Assembly (NCBI GenBank): GCA_965552135.1 | Contig: CBEVQY010000037.1 | Coordinates: 1 to 20,984 of the forward strand | DNA from: an uncultured bacterium | GTDB taxonomy: Bacteria > UBP14 > UBA6098 > B30-G16 | DNA: 20,984 nucleotides | Direction: 5' to 3' | Shown here: piece after piece, positions 1-8,785 of the stretch | Layout of the letters: each line of letters begins with the position of its first letter | How positions within the stretch are numbered: position 1 is the first letter of the stretch | Position numbers and translations under genes: made by a program | The notes under the pieces: generated by a model | Database searches by the model: none | Seen by the model: the letters and a program-made list of their open reading frames with translations, nothing else | Told to the model about the DNA's origin: nothing

Positions 1-99
1 GAGGTAACGGCGCCACACATCCCGCCCGGCGACGACCGAGTAAAAGCTGCAGTAGCGGCACTTTTTTGCGCAGAAGGGGATGTGGACGTAGAGGTGCAT
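1..99 (-). CDS. hemW: Radical SAM heme chaperone HemW-like protein, N-terminus only (runs off the left edge; not in the ORF track)
   Basis: Manual translation from ATG at 99 gives MHLYVHIPFCAKKCRYCSFYSVVAGRDVWRRYL. This is the LYVHIPFCxxxCxxC radical SAM motif, followed by xF rather than the xC of HemN. It starts 6 bp after the PMM stop. Confidence 0.8.
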   Translation of the reverse strand, partial: MHLYVHIPFCAKKCRYCSFYSVVAGRDVWRRYL

Positions 100-105
100 C
101 GCCTG

Positions 106-1458
106 CTACTTGCATTGCTCGATGAGGGAGAGCACCCACTCCCTTTTTTCTGCCATCTGTTCGGGCGTTGACGCCTCGAGGTTGAGCCTGATGAGCGGCT
201 CGGTGTTCGACGGTCGCAGGTTGAACCACCAGTCGCCGAAGTCGAACGTGATGCCGTCGGTTGTGTCGGGCTGGGCGCCCGTCTGCTCCCTCACCTTCGC
301 CGCAACGCACTCAAGCGTCCTTATGCGGTCGGAAACGCGCGTGTTTATCTCGCCGGTGCGGTGATACCTGTCCATCTCCGATATAAGCTCCGACGGGCGC
401 TTCCCCTCCTCCGACAAAAGCTCCGCCGTCACAAGGAAGGCTATGATGCCTGAGTCGGCGTACCAGTGGTCCCTGAAGTAGAAGTGCCCGGAATGCTCCC
501 CACCGAAGACGGCGTTGTGTTCCCTCATCAGGGGCTTTATGAAGGCGTGTCCAACGCGGCTTCGTATCGGTTTTCCGCCGTAGCGCTCTATCACCTCCGG
601 CACCGTTTTAGAGCAGATGAGGTTGTAGACTATGGCGCTTTTCGGGAAGAGCTGAAGCATCTTTCGCGCCACCATCGCCGTAACCATATCTCCGCCGACG
701 AGGTTGCCGTTTTCGTCGACGATGAACATCCTGTCGGCGTCTCCGTCGAATGCGACGCCGAAGTCAAGCTTCTTCTCCACCACAAGCTTTCGGAGTTCCC
801 TCGTGTTTTCGGGCTCTATCGGGCTTGGGAGGTGATGAGGGAACCTTCCGTCCGGCTCGAAGAAGAGAGGGAACACCTTGAAAGGCAGCTTTTCGAAAAG
901 CCTTGGCAAAAAGACTCCCGCCACGCCGTTTCCGGCGTCGACGGCGATCCTGAAGTGCGCCAGGCGGCTTGGGTTGATGAAGGAGAGGCAGTGCGAGATG
1001 TAGTCCTCCACGATATCGTGCTCGAAGACCGAGCCCGGCGTGCCGCTTTCGCGGAAGGCGCCGCTTGTGACTATTCGCTTTATTTCGGGCAGTCCTTCGT
1101 CGCCCGAGAGTGGCACGGCGTCTTCGCGGCAGATCTTGAAGCCGTTGTACTCGGGGGGGTTGTGCGACGCCGTGATCACTACCCCCGCGTCGTAGCCGTA
1201 CTTCCCGACGGCGAAGTAGAGCGCGTCGGTGGGGATGGTTCCGAGTATGTATGCGTCTGCGCCTGCGGCTGTTATTCCGCGCACAAGCGCGCTTTGGAGC
1301 GCATCGGAGGAGAGTCTGACGTCCTTGGCTACGGCGACGCGGCGAGCGCCGAGAACGCGAACCAACGCACCGCCAACATGATACGCAACCCCCTCGTCAA
1401 GCTGCGTGGGATACACCCCGCGGATGTCGTAGGCTTTGAATATGCTTTCGTCTATCAT
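106..1458 (-). CDS. Phosphomannomutase/phosphoglucomutase (alpha-D-phosphohexomutase family)
   Basis: Motifs IFKAYDIRG, catalytic TASHNP, metal-binding FDGDADR, GEHSGHFYF and C-terminal LRPSNTEP. ATGA overlap with the pdxA stop. Confidence 0.95.
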   Translation of the reverse strand: MIDESIFKAYDIRGVYPTQLDEGVAYHVGGALVRVLGARRVAVAKDVRLSSDALQSALVRGITAAGADAYILGTIPTDALYFAVGKYGYDAGVVITASHNPPEYNGFKICREDAVPLSGDEGLPEIKRIVTSGAFRESGTPGSVFEHDIVEDYISHCLSFINPSRLAHFRIAVDAGNGVAGVFLPRLFEKLPFKVFPLFFEPDGRFPHHLPSPIEPENTRELRKLVVEKKLDFGVAFDGDADRMFIVDENGNLVGGDMVTAMVARKMLQLFPKSAIVYNLICSKTVPEVIERYGGKPIRSRVGHAFIKPLMREHNAVFGGEHSGHFYFRDHWYADSGIIAFLVTAELLSEEGKRPSELISEMDRYHRTGEINTRVSDRIRTLECVAAKVREQTGAQPDTTDGITFDFGDWWFNLRPSNTEPLIRLNLEASTPEQMAEKREWVLSLIEQCK

Positions 1459-2423
1459 GTCCTTCGACCTCCGGTTGACTTTGCTATTTTCGCTGCCGTG
1501 CGGACGGCGTTTATGAAACTAATGGGGTTTGCCCTGCCAAGTCCAGCGATATCGAACGCTGTGCCGTGATCGGGGCTCGTTCGGGGGACGGGAAGCCCAA
1601 GCGTGATGTTCACCCCCCACGCAAAACCAACCATCTTAAGCGGGATGAGCCCCTGGTCGTGGTACATCGCGAGGTATGCGTCGGTTTTCCTCCTTCTGCT
1701 GGGCAAAAACGCCACGTCGGGCACGAGGGGACCACAGGCTTTTATTCCAAGCTTTCTTGCAAGCTCAACTGCCTGGGCTATCTGCGTCTCCTCGTCGCCT
1801 ATCGTTCCGCCTTCGCCGGCGTGGGGGTTGAGCGCAAGGACGGAGATCACGGGCTCGCTTTTGCCGAACCAGCGCCTGAGTCCGTCGTCGATGCGCCTTA
1901 TGTGCCCCAAAAGCTTTTGTGCCGATATGTTTTTGTGGACCTCGCGCAGCGGGATGTGTGTGGTTGCGAGGGCAACACGCAGACCGCGGGCAAAAAGCAT
2001 CATCGTCACCTCGACGTCGAAGAGCTCTGCCAAAAGCTCCGTGTGTCCGGGGTAGTTGTGTCCGGCGAGTTTGAGCGCTTCCTTCGATATCGGCGCAGTT
2101 ACGATGGCGTCTGCTTTTCCCTGGCGCGCAAGCTCGGCGGCGCCGAGGATCGACCTGTAGGCTACCTCGCCGCAGCGCTCGTCGACGACGCCTGTGGGGT
2201 AGTCGGTTTCGTCGGCGACGACGCAAAACTCGAAGTCGCCCGCATCCAGACGCCGCAGGAAGCTCCTCGCCCACCCAAAGTGATCCGCCAGCGATTCGAA
2301 GGGCGAGAGAACACCGAAGAAGACGAGCCTACACCCAGCGGGCGCATGCCTCGAAAAGGACTTCGCGACAACCTCGTAGCCCACACCCGCAGGATCACCG
2401 CACGATATCGCCAGAGTGGTCAT
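1455..2423 (-). CDS. pdxA: 4-hydroxythreonine-4-phosphate dehydrogenase PdxA family
   Basis: Motifs GDPAGVG, TAPISK, YPGHTE, TTHIPL, LNPHAGE, MYHDQGLIPLK, TLGLP and RTSPDHGTAFDIAG. Start moved to ATG 2423 (MTTLAIS), which overlaps the upstream stop as ATGA. Confidence 0.93.
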   Translation of the reverse strand: MTTLAISCGDPAGVGYEVVAKSFSRHAPAGCRLVFFGVLSPFESLADHFGWARSFLRRLDAGDFEFCVVADETDYPTGVVDERCGEVAYRSILGAAELARQGKADAIVTAPISKEALKLAGHNYPGHTELLAELFDVEVTMMLFARGLRVALATTHIPLREVHKNISAQKLLGHIRRIDDGLRRWFGKSEPVISVLALNPHAGEGGTIGDEETQIAQAVELARKLGIKACGPLVPDVAFLPSRRRKTDAYLAMYHDQGLIPLKMVGFAWGVNITLGLPVPRTSPDHGTAFDIAGLGRANPISFINAVRTAAKIAKSTGGRRT

Positions 2424-4597
2424 TTGTGTAACACCTTGTCGATAGCCTCCAGAACCTCGTCCTTTTTGCGCGAAAATATCGAGAAGGACTCCTTGACTAT
2501 CCCCTCCGTCTTCCACTCCAGCCTAAAGTGCTTGAGCGCCTTTCGGACCTCAGGTTCATCGGCGAAGGGCTCAAGGCTTCGCACAAGCCTTATAAGAAGC
2601 CTTTTGAACCTCGCCTCGGGAAGGGGGTCGATGTACACAACCCACTGCGACAGGATGTCCAAAAGCAGGTTTTTGGCGTACTCGGTTTTTGCGTTGCCCA
2701 GCGTGCGGATTATCTCCTCACGCAGATCAGGGAAATGCAGGATTATCTCCCGCAGGTAGAAGTCCTTTACGGGGTTTGGCTTTTGCGCTATGCTTTCGAC
2801 GACCTCCTCCCGAAGCTCCTTGTTCATCTCAAGGAACACCGTTTCGATTATCTCCTGCACGCGCTTTGGGTGATAGAGCATAAGCAGGAAGAAGACGTGT
2901 TTTGCGATGCGTGGGTCTTTGTCGGCGGTTGCGAGGATGAGCAGGGGCAGGGCGCGCTCCTTGTCGAGATACAGGGCGAGGGAGAGCACGTTTATCGTCC
3001 TTCGCAGCTGCTCGGCGTTTATGATGTATCCCATATCGCTTCGCTGCAGTCGGGGGAGTGACCTCATGTACTCCTCGATCTTTCTGAAGGCGGCGGGTTT
3101 GTGGGTTTCGAGCACGCTCGCCGCCACGCGAACAAACGACGTCCTCCTGCTCCCAAGCTCGTCGATGACGACGTCGGCAAGCGTCTCCCCGTCGAGCTTC
3201 TCCAAAATCCCCCTGAGCTGCACGTCGAGGGCGGATATCTTGTCGCCCAAGGTGGAGAGGAGCTTGCTTATGTTCTCCTGCGACGAAAGCCCCGTAAAGA
3301 AGGTCTCGGCGTCGGAGAGGACCTGGAACGTTGGTTCGGAGGTGATGCGCTCCTCGTACTCTTTTATGATCCTGAGCACGGCGGAGTATTTCTGCGACAA
3401 AAGAAGCAGCGACGCGAAGAAAAGCAGCGCTGCGGTAAGGAGCGTGAAGCGTGGTGCATCGGGCTTTGCCTCGCCCTTTTGTTGCAAAAGGTCCCCCAGG
3501 AGTGCGAGTGTGAGCACGTCGTCTTCCCGCTCGAACGCCGCCTCTATTACCTCCTTTATCACCTCGACGGTCCAGAGCGCGCCGGTTTTGTCGTAGAAGG
3601 AAAGCAGCTTTTCCACAAGCAAAAACGCCTTTTGTGGGTCGCCCGAGGCGAGAAATCTCTCTATCGCCTGCCGCAGCTGGTACCTTACCTGCGCGTTCCA
3701 GCCGCTTTGGAGGGCGTCTTGGAGGAGGTCATCTATCGTGTCGATGAGGGAGACCTCCTTGAGGGTGAACTCCTCCTCCAGGAGCCTTGTTGTGGCATCG
3801 GGCTCGATGACCATCCTGTCGGTGATCTCCTCGAGCTTTTCGAGGAAGCGCTTCTTAGCCTCCTCCGAGAGGTTCTCGCGGATCGTCTCCACAAGCTTCA
3901 TAAGCTGCCTGTCGACCTCCGACATCTCCTCCTCGTCCTTCTCCAGAAGCCCCCTCTCCTTCACGATTGCCGACAGAAGCTCGACGACGTCGATCTCGGA
4001 GGCGTCGAGCGGCAGCATCCCGAACGTCATATCGACCACGGGGGCAAGCTCTTCGCGCGCATCGCCCAAAAGCCTTTCGATGATCTCAGGATGGCGCGCT
4101 ATGATGTCGGTGAGGACCTTGCGAGCCTCCTCCTCCTCGTCGACCTCGCCCATGACCGCAACGTACTTTATCCTGTCGACCTCTATGCTCGTTATGCCCA
4201 GCTCGTTTAGGTATTCCTCGATGTTTTGCTCGTCGCGCTTCTTGCCCGGAACCCTGACGAGAAACTTCAGGAAGGCGACAAACTCGGTGTCGGTCATGCG
4301 CCTGTGGAAGGTTATGCTGTGGATTCCCAGCTCGTCGAAGTCCTGCGAGAACCTGCGCGTGAAGTAGCTTTCCTCAAGCGGGGTTTTGTCGAAGAGGATC
4401 TGTTCGTTGACCTTGCTTATGGTAAAGCTCGGGGTGTGGTCGAAAAGCTCTCTTATGAGTTTGAGTGATGCCTTTATTGCCTGCTGCGCGACGGCGTGTT
4501 CCTCGCCGTACATCTCCATCCTCTGCAGGGCAAGGTGCATCGACTTGACTATAAGCGGCGGGAGCATCTCGAGCCTGTGCTTGGACCCCGCTTCCAC
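2420..4597 (-). CDS. Uncharacterised ~725-aa acidic, helical protein with probable HEAT/ARM-like C-terminal repeats
   Basis: Long ORF with natural Glu/Leu-rich composition. The first ~76 residues of the track ORF overlap pyrD or look non-coding. Likely start is GTG 4597 after a G-rich SD (alternative ATG 4567). HEAT-like segments include FVRVAASVL, ATADKDPRIAKHVFFLL and LREEIIRTLGN. Confidence 0.75.
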   Translation of the reverse strand: MEAGSKHRLEMLPPLIVKSMHLALQRMEMYGEEHAVAQQAIKASLKLIRELFDHTPSFTISKVNEQILFDKTPLEESYFTRRFSQDFDELGIHSITFHRRMTDTEFVAFLKFLVRVPGKKRDEQNIEEYLNELGITSIEVDRIKYVAVMGEVDEEEEARKVLTDIIARHPEIIERLLGDAREELAPVVDMTFGMLPLDASEIDVVELLSAIVKERGLLEKDEEEMSEVDRQLMKLVETIRENLSEEAKKRFLEKLEEITDRMVIEPDATTRLLEEEFTLKEVSLIDTIDDLLQDALQSGWNAQVRYQLRQAIERFLASGDPQKAFLLVEKLLSFYDKTGALWTVEVIKEVIEAAFEREDDVLTLALLGDLLQQKGEAKPDAPRFTLLTAALLFFASLLLLSQKYSAVLRIIKEYEERITSEPTFQVLSDAETFFTGLSSQENISKLLSTLGDKISALDVQLRGILEKLDGETLADVVIDELGSRRTSFVRVAASVLETHKPAAFRKIEEYMRSLPRLQRSDMGYIINAEQLRRTINVLSLALYLDKERALPLLILATADKDPRIAKHVFFLLMLYHPKRVQEIIETVFLEMNKELREEVVESIAQKPNPVKDFYLREIILHFPDLREEIIRTLGNAKTEYAKNLLLDILSQWVVYIDPLPEARFKRLLIRLVRSLEPFADEPEVRKALKHFRLEWKTEGIVKESFSIFSRKKDEVLEAIDKVLHK

Positions 4598-4631
4598 AAA
4601 GACCCCCCATTTCCCCTTCGCACCTTTTCGT

Positions 4632-4659
4632 AAAATAGCCGCGCTTTCGTCAGCTGCAA
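4632..4659 (-). promoter_or_regulatory. Possible internal sigma70-type promoter for the HEAT-like gene
   Basis: Minus strand reads TTGCAG-N16-TATTTT in the 85-bp gap between pyrD and the GTG at 4597. Confidence 0.3.
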
Positions 4660-4682
4660 CCGGAAAAGTAAACAGCACAGGC

Positions 4683-5609
4683 TTACGGGGATTTCCACCG
4701 CCTCGCGAAGGCGCCCGTGATCTGGCTTGTGGATGAGTATTTGTGTCGCAGGGCGTAGTCTTCGATGAATTCCGTGATCTTTTGCGGGAGCTCGAAGTTC
4801 GAGAAGATGGCGGATCCCACCTCAACCGCCGTTGCGCCGGCGAGCATAAGCTCCAGCGCGTCCTTTGGTTCGGCTATGCCGCCAACGCCTACGATGGGTA
4901 TGGAGACCTCCCCCCAGAGCTTGTATACGAGCGCCACGGCGACGGGATGGATGGCGGGTCCCGAAAGTCCTCCCGTTACGGTGGCCACGCGGGGCGCAAG
5001 CGTTTCTATGTCTATCGCCGCCGCGGGGATCGTGTTCGCGACGACTATCGCGCTTGCGCCGCCGCGCTCGCAGGCACGACCAAGCTCCACTACGTCGCTT
5101 GTTTGCGGTGAGAGCTTTGGCCAGAGGGGCTTTTCCGTCACATCTGCCAGTTTTGCCAAAAGCCTTTCGACCAGGGCTGCGTCCCTGCCGAAGTGGATGC
5201 CGCCGGCGGATACGTTCGGGCACGAAAGATTGACCTCAATCGCTTTGACGAAGCCAAGCTCCCCCAGGGCTTTCGCCAGAACGGCGAATTCCTCTTCGCT
5301 TTCGCCGCCAATGCTCACCACGACGTTTGTTGGGAGCTTTTCTATGCGCGGGACGATTTCCCTGATGAAGGTCTCAAGCCCGGGGTTTGCGAGCCCTATG
5401 GAGTTTATCATGCCGCACGGCGTTTCCCACAGTCGCGGCGGGGGGTTGCCCGGGCGCGGGTGGAGCGTTATGGTTTTCGTGACGATTCCTCCGAGGCGCG
5501 AGATATCCACCAACTCCGCCACCTCAAGCCCAAAGCCGCAAACACCCGATGCAAGCAAAACAGGATTCCTGAAGCGCACGCCGCCTATGTCGACGGAAAG
5601 GGAGACCAC
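4683..5609 (-). CDS. pyrD: Dihydroorotate dehydrogenase, family 1 (likely 1B catalytic subunit)
   Basis: Motifs NPVLLASG, KTIT..PRPGNPPPR, NSIGLANPG, catalytic NLSCPN, KLSP, GGLSGPAIHP and IVGVGGI. Confidence 0.95.
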   Translation of the reverse strand: MVSLSVDIGGVRFRNPVLLASGVCGFGLEVAELVDISRLGGIVTKTITLHPRPGNPPPRLWETPCGMINSIGLANPGLETFIREIVPRIEKLPTNVVVSIGGESEEEFAVLAKALGELGFVKAIEVNLSCPNVSAGGIHFGRDAALVERLLAKLADVTEKPLWPKLSPQTSDVVELGRACERGGASAIVVANTIPAAAIDIETLAPRVATVTGGLSGPAIHPVAVALVYKLWGEVSIPIVGVGGIAEPKDALELMLAGATAVEVGSAIFSNFELPQKITEFIEDYALRHKYSSTSQITGAFARRWKSP

Positions 5610-5611
5610 CG

Positions 5612-7135
5612 TCAGTGTCTGAAGTGTCTCATTGCGGTGAATACCATGGCGACGCCGAGCCTGTTTGCCGCGTCAATCACTGCCTCGTCGTTTTTTGATC
5701 CACCTGGCTGCACAACGGCTTCGACGCCCGCCTGCGCAAGCACGTAGAGCGTGTCGGGGAAGGGCATGAACGCATCGGACGCTGCCACGGCGCCTTTTGC
5801 GCGGTCGCCGGCTTTGCGGACCGCAACGACCGCAGCGTCGACGCGGCTGGGAAGACCACCGCCTATGCCAACGGTGGCGCCACCGCGGGCTATCACAACG
5901 CTGTTCGACTTCACAAGCTTTGCCGCTCTCATCGCAAAGCAAAGCTCAAGCTCCTGAGCTGGGGTTGGAGCGCGTTCGGTCACAACCTCCCACTTGGCAG
6001 CCACAACGCCCGGAGGGTCTATCTCCTGAACTAAAACGCCGCCTGCGATGCCCCTGTGGGAAAGCCTGCTTGTTGGGGCGAAGTTGGGGAGCCTGAGGAT
6101 CCTGAGGCTCTTCCTTTTGCGCAGGGTCTCGAGCGCTTCGGGATCGTATTCCGGAGCGATTATGCATTCGAAGAAGTGCTTTCGCACAAGCTCGGCAAGC
6201 TCTGGGCTGACGCTTCTGTTTACGGCGATGATCCCTCCGAAGGCGGAGATTGGGTCGCTTGAGAGGGCTTTGGTGTATGCGTCGACTATGTCGTCTCCAA
6301 TGGCTATGCCGCAGGGGGAGGTGTGTTTCACGATGACGCAGCATGGTTCTTCGAACTCCACGGCTCCGCGGTATGCGGCGTCGAGGTCGAGGATGTTGTT
6401 GTACGATAGCGCCTTTCCGCCGAGGACCTCCGCCCGGGGCACGCCTTCGGGAGGAGTCGTGGCGTACAGGGCGGCGCGCTGGTGTGGGTTCTCGCCGTAG
6501 CGCAGCTGCGGCATTCCCTCGGCGTAGCCACCTGCCGCAAAGCTTTTCGGGAATTCCTCGCCATCCCAGAGCCAGCCGGCGATGGCGGCATCGTACGCCG
6601 CGGTGTAGAAGAAGGTTTCGGCGGCAAATTGCCTCGCAAGCTCTTCGGGAACGACGTTGTCCTCACCCATCTCGTCCAAAACGCGCCCAAGCATTTCGAG
6701 CGAGAAGCATGGCACCACCCGCTCGAAGTTCTTTGCCGCTGCGCGCAAAAGAGAGACCCCTCCTATGTCCACAAGCTCGACAAGCTCGGCTTCGGTGCAG
6801 CTGCCCAAAGCCCTGGGGAAGGGGTATAGGTTCACGTACACAAGGTCGAAGGCCGGGTATCCGGCTTTGGCGAGCTCTGCGGCGTCGTCTTCGGTTTCTC
6901 GCGCCAGTATCCCGGCAAACACGGCTGGGTGCAGGGTTTTCACTCTGCCGCCCAGAAGCTCTTCGAAGCCAGTGAGCGTCTCGAGGGGCTGCGCCTTGAT
7001 TTTGTTTTCCGCAAGGAATTTTGCCGTTCCCGCCGACGCCCAAAGCTCCACCCCGCGCTCCGAAAGCTTTGCCGCAAGGTCGGCAAGCCCCGCCTTGTCG
7101 TAAGCCGAAAGCAGCGCCCTTTTTATCGTGGGCAT
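5612..7135 (-). CDS. purH: Bifunctional AICAR transformylase/IMP cyclohydrolase
   Basis: Motifs IKRALLS, GGRVKTLHP, VNLYPF, DIGG..LLRAAAKN, LRYGENPHQ, LSYNN, KHTSPCG, SAFGG, ASDAF, QPGGS and terminal RHFRH. GGAGG SD upstream. Confidence 0.97.
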   Translation of the reverse strand: MPTIKRALLSAYDKAGLADLAAKLSERGVELWASAGTAKFLAENKIKAQPLETLTGFEELLGGRVKTLHPAVFAGILARETEDDAAELAKAGYPAFDLVYVNLYPFPRALGSCTEAELVELVDIGGVSLLRAAAKNFERVVPCFSLEMLGRVLDEMGEDNVVPEELARQFAAETFFYTAAYDAAIAGWLWDGEEFPKSFAAGGYAEGMPQLRYGENPHQRAALYATTPPEGVPRAEVLGGKALSYNNILDLDAAYRGAVEFEEPCCVIVKHTSPCGIAIGDDIVDAYTKALSSDPISAFGGIIAVNRSVSPELAELVRKHFFECIIAPEYDPEALETLRKRKSLRILRLPNFAPTSRLSHRGIAGGVLVQEIDPPGVVAAKWEVVTERAPTPAQELELCFAMRAAKLVKSNSVVIARGGATVGIGGGLPSRVDAAVVAVRKAGDRAKGAVAASDAFMPFPDTLYVLAQAGVEAVVQPGGSKNDEAVIDAANRLGVAMVFTAMRHFRH

Positions 7136-7171
7136 CGTTTCAGCCTCCGCTTTTTGGTTTTCGCGGTGCGG

Positions 7172-8524
7172 TCATCCTTCGTCACCGCCTTCGAGGAGAT
7201 CCCGCTCGATCTGACCGACGAGCCTTTCGACCTCGCCGCCACGCTGCGATATCACCTTGCAGGCGTGAACGACGGTGGAGTGGTCCCTTCCGCCGAAGAA
7301 TTGACCTATGTGCTGGAGGGATGAGCCGGTAAGCTTTCGGGCGAGGTACATAGCGATCTGCCTTGCCAGCGCCACTTGCTTTGTTCTGCGCTTTCCGCGG
7401 ATCTGTTCCGGCGGAACGCCGATGCGGCGCGCAACGGCGTAAAGTATATCCTCAAGCGTTATGACCCTTGGAAGGGACTGCCCGCCGCGGAGGTACTCCT
7501 TCATAACCTCGCGCGCAAAGTCCACCGTGATCTCGCGGCACTTCATCGACGAGTACGCCAAAAGCTTTATGAGCGCCCCCTCAAGCTCCCTTATGTTCGA
7601 CGTCACCGATTTTGCCACAAACTCCAGGACGTCTTCGGGGACCTCCATTCCGTCAGCCTCGGCTTTTTGGCGCAGGATCGCAACGCGGCTTTCGAAGTCG
7701 GGCGGCTGAAGGTCGACCATAAGACCCCACTCGAAGCGCGAGCGAAGCCGCTCCTCCAAACCCTTTATCTTCGAGGGCGGCACATCCGAGGTCAAAACGA
7801 TCTGCTGCCCACGCTGGTGAAGGCTGTTGAAGATGTGGAAGAAGGCATTTTGAATCCCCTCTTTCCCCGAGAAGAACTGTACGTCGTCCACCAAAAGCAC
7901 GTCGGCGCTGCGGTAAACCTCGTTGAACTTCGATGTGGTCTTGTTTATGAGCGAGCTTATGTAAAGGTCGGTGAAGCGCTCACTCGTTACGGCCAGTACG
8001 ACTTTGTCGGGATGGTTTTGCTTTATGAAGTGCCCGATTGCGTGCAGAAGGTGCGTTTTCCCAAGCCCAACGCCGCCGTGTATGTAGAGCGGGTTGTACT
8101 TGGTTTTTCCGGGCATCTCCGCCACCGCCATGGCGGCGTGGTACGCCATCTCGTTGAACTCGCCAACGACGAAGGTGTCGAATGTATACTTTGGGTTAAG
8201 CAGCGCCGATGGGAACTGCTGCGTGGTCGCTGTCTCGTCGGCTCTGGCCAGGGGAAGCTCTATCCTGCCGTTTTGCCTGTCGACGGCAAGGTAGACCGAA
8301 ACCTCCCTGCCCGCCACAAAGGCAACCACATCGAGTATGAGCGAGGCGTATTTGTCGATAAGCCAGTCGGCGATGAACTGATTCTTCACCAGAACAACAA
8401 GCCTCTCCCCGTCGTACGAAAGCTCCCTGCTTTGCGCAAACCACGTCCTGAAAGATTGTCGGTTGATTCTGGTGGCTATTATCTGAAGGCATTTGTGCCA
8501 AAGCTTTCCCTGCTTGGGCTCCAT
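7172..8524 (-). CDS. dnaA: Chromosomal replication initiator DnaA
   Basis: Domain I W...F.TWF; LNPKYTFDTFVVG; YNPLYIHGGVGLGKTHL (Walker A); LLVDDVQF (Walker B); RLRSRFEWG; NIRELEG; domain IV RQIAMYL...GGRDHSTVVHA. Start set at ATG 8524 (MEPKQGKLW) with GGAG upstream. Confidence 0.96.
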   Translation of the reverse strand: MEPKQGKLWHKCLQIIATRINRQSFRTWFAQSRELSYDGERLVVLVKNQFIADWLIDKYASLILDVVAFVAGREVSVYLAVDRQNGRIELPLARADETATTQQFPSALLNPKYTFDTFVVGEFNEMAYHAAMAVAEMPGKTKYNPLYIHGGVGLGKTHLLHAIGHFIKQNHPDKVVLAVTSERFTDLYISSLINKTTSKFNEVYRSADVLLVDDVQFFSGKEGIQNAFFHIFNSLHQRGQQIVLTSDVPPSKIKGLEERLRSRFEWGLMVDLQPPDFESRVAILRQKAEADGMEVPEDVLEFVAKSVTSNIRELEGALIKLLAYSSMKCREITVDFAREVMKEYLRGGQSLPRVITLEDILYAVARRIGVPPEQIRGKRRTKQVALARQIAMYLARKLTGSSLQHIGQFFGGRDHSTVVHACKVISQRGGEVERLVGQIERDLLEGGDEG

Positions 8525-8646
8525 AGGCTTTCTCCGAGAAAAAGAACCCCTTCCAAAGAGCCTCACCCTCCCAATCCAACGTCCCACTGATGCGGGGTGG
8601 GCACGAGGTGGGGACTCACCCTCCCTGCGCCCAAGGTGCGGACACA

Positions 8647-8675
8647 ACGATAACCCAAGCCGCCTGTGCGGTCAA
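8647..8675 (-). promoter_or_regulatory. Putative sigma70 promoter of dnaA
   Basis: Minus strand reads TTGACC (8675-8670), N17, TATCGT (8652-8647), preceded by a T7 tract. Confidence 0.6.
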
Positions 8676-8680
8676 GGCGG

Positions 8681-8704
8681 AAAAAAACGAATTTGCAACT
8701 CGTT
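8681..8704 (-). terminator. Possible weak intrinsic terminator after batB
   Basis: Minus strand ACGAGTT-GCA-AATTCGT hairpin (one G-U pair) followed directly by a T tract. The stem is AT-rich and weak. Confidence 0.3.
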
Positions 8705-8785
8705 GGAATATAGTCCGAACTTTGTTGTTAGCTTGAAGGAGTGTGGGTGATGTTTTCTAACCGTCGCGTTTTCAAGGCGGTGTGG

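Noticed and set aside
4598..4825. N-terminal extension of the 801-aa ORF overlapping pyrD, suggesting a fusion or frameshift
   Set aside because: The sequence is Ser/Arg/Pro-rich and non-protein-like. pyrD ends normally, and a GTG with an SD exists at 4597.
5612..7135. PurH motif deviations (ASAGT for STGGT, GGGLPSR for GAGQMSR)
   Set aside because: The core catalytic motifs (KTLHP, YNN, KH, SDAF, RHFRH) are intact, so this is likely ordinary divergence.
8660..8687. GC hairpin plus A7 tract as a terminator
   Set aside because: On the transcribed minus strand the T tract comes before the hairpin, which is the wrong order. It is better explained as the dnaA promoter region.
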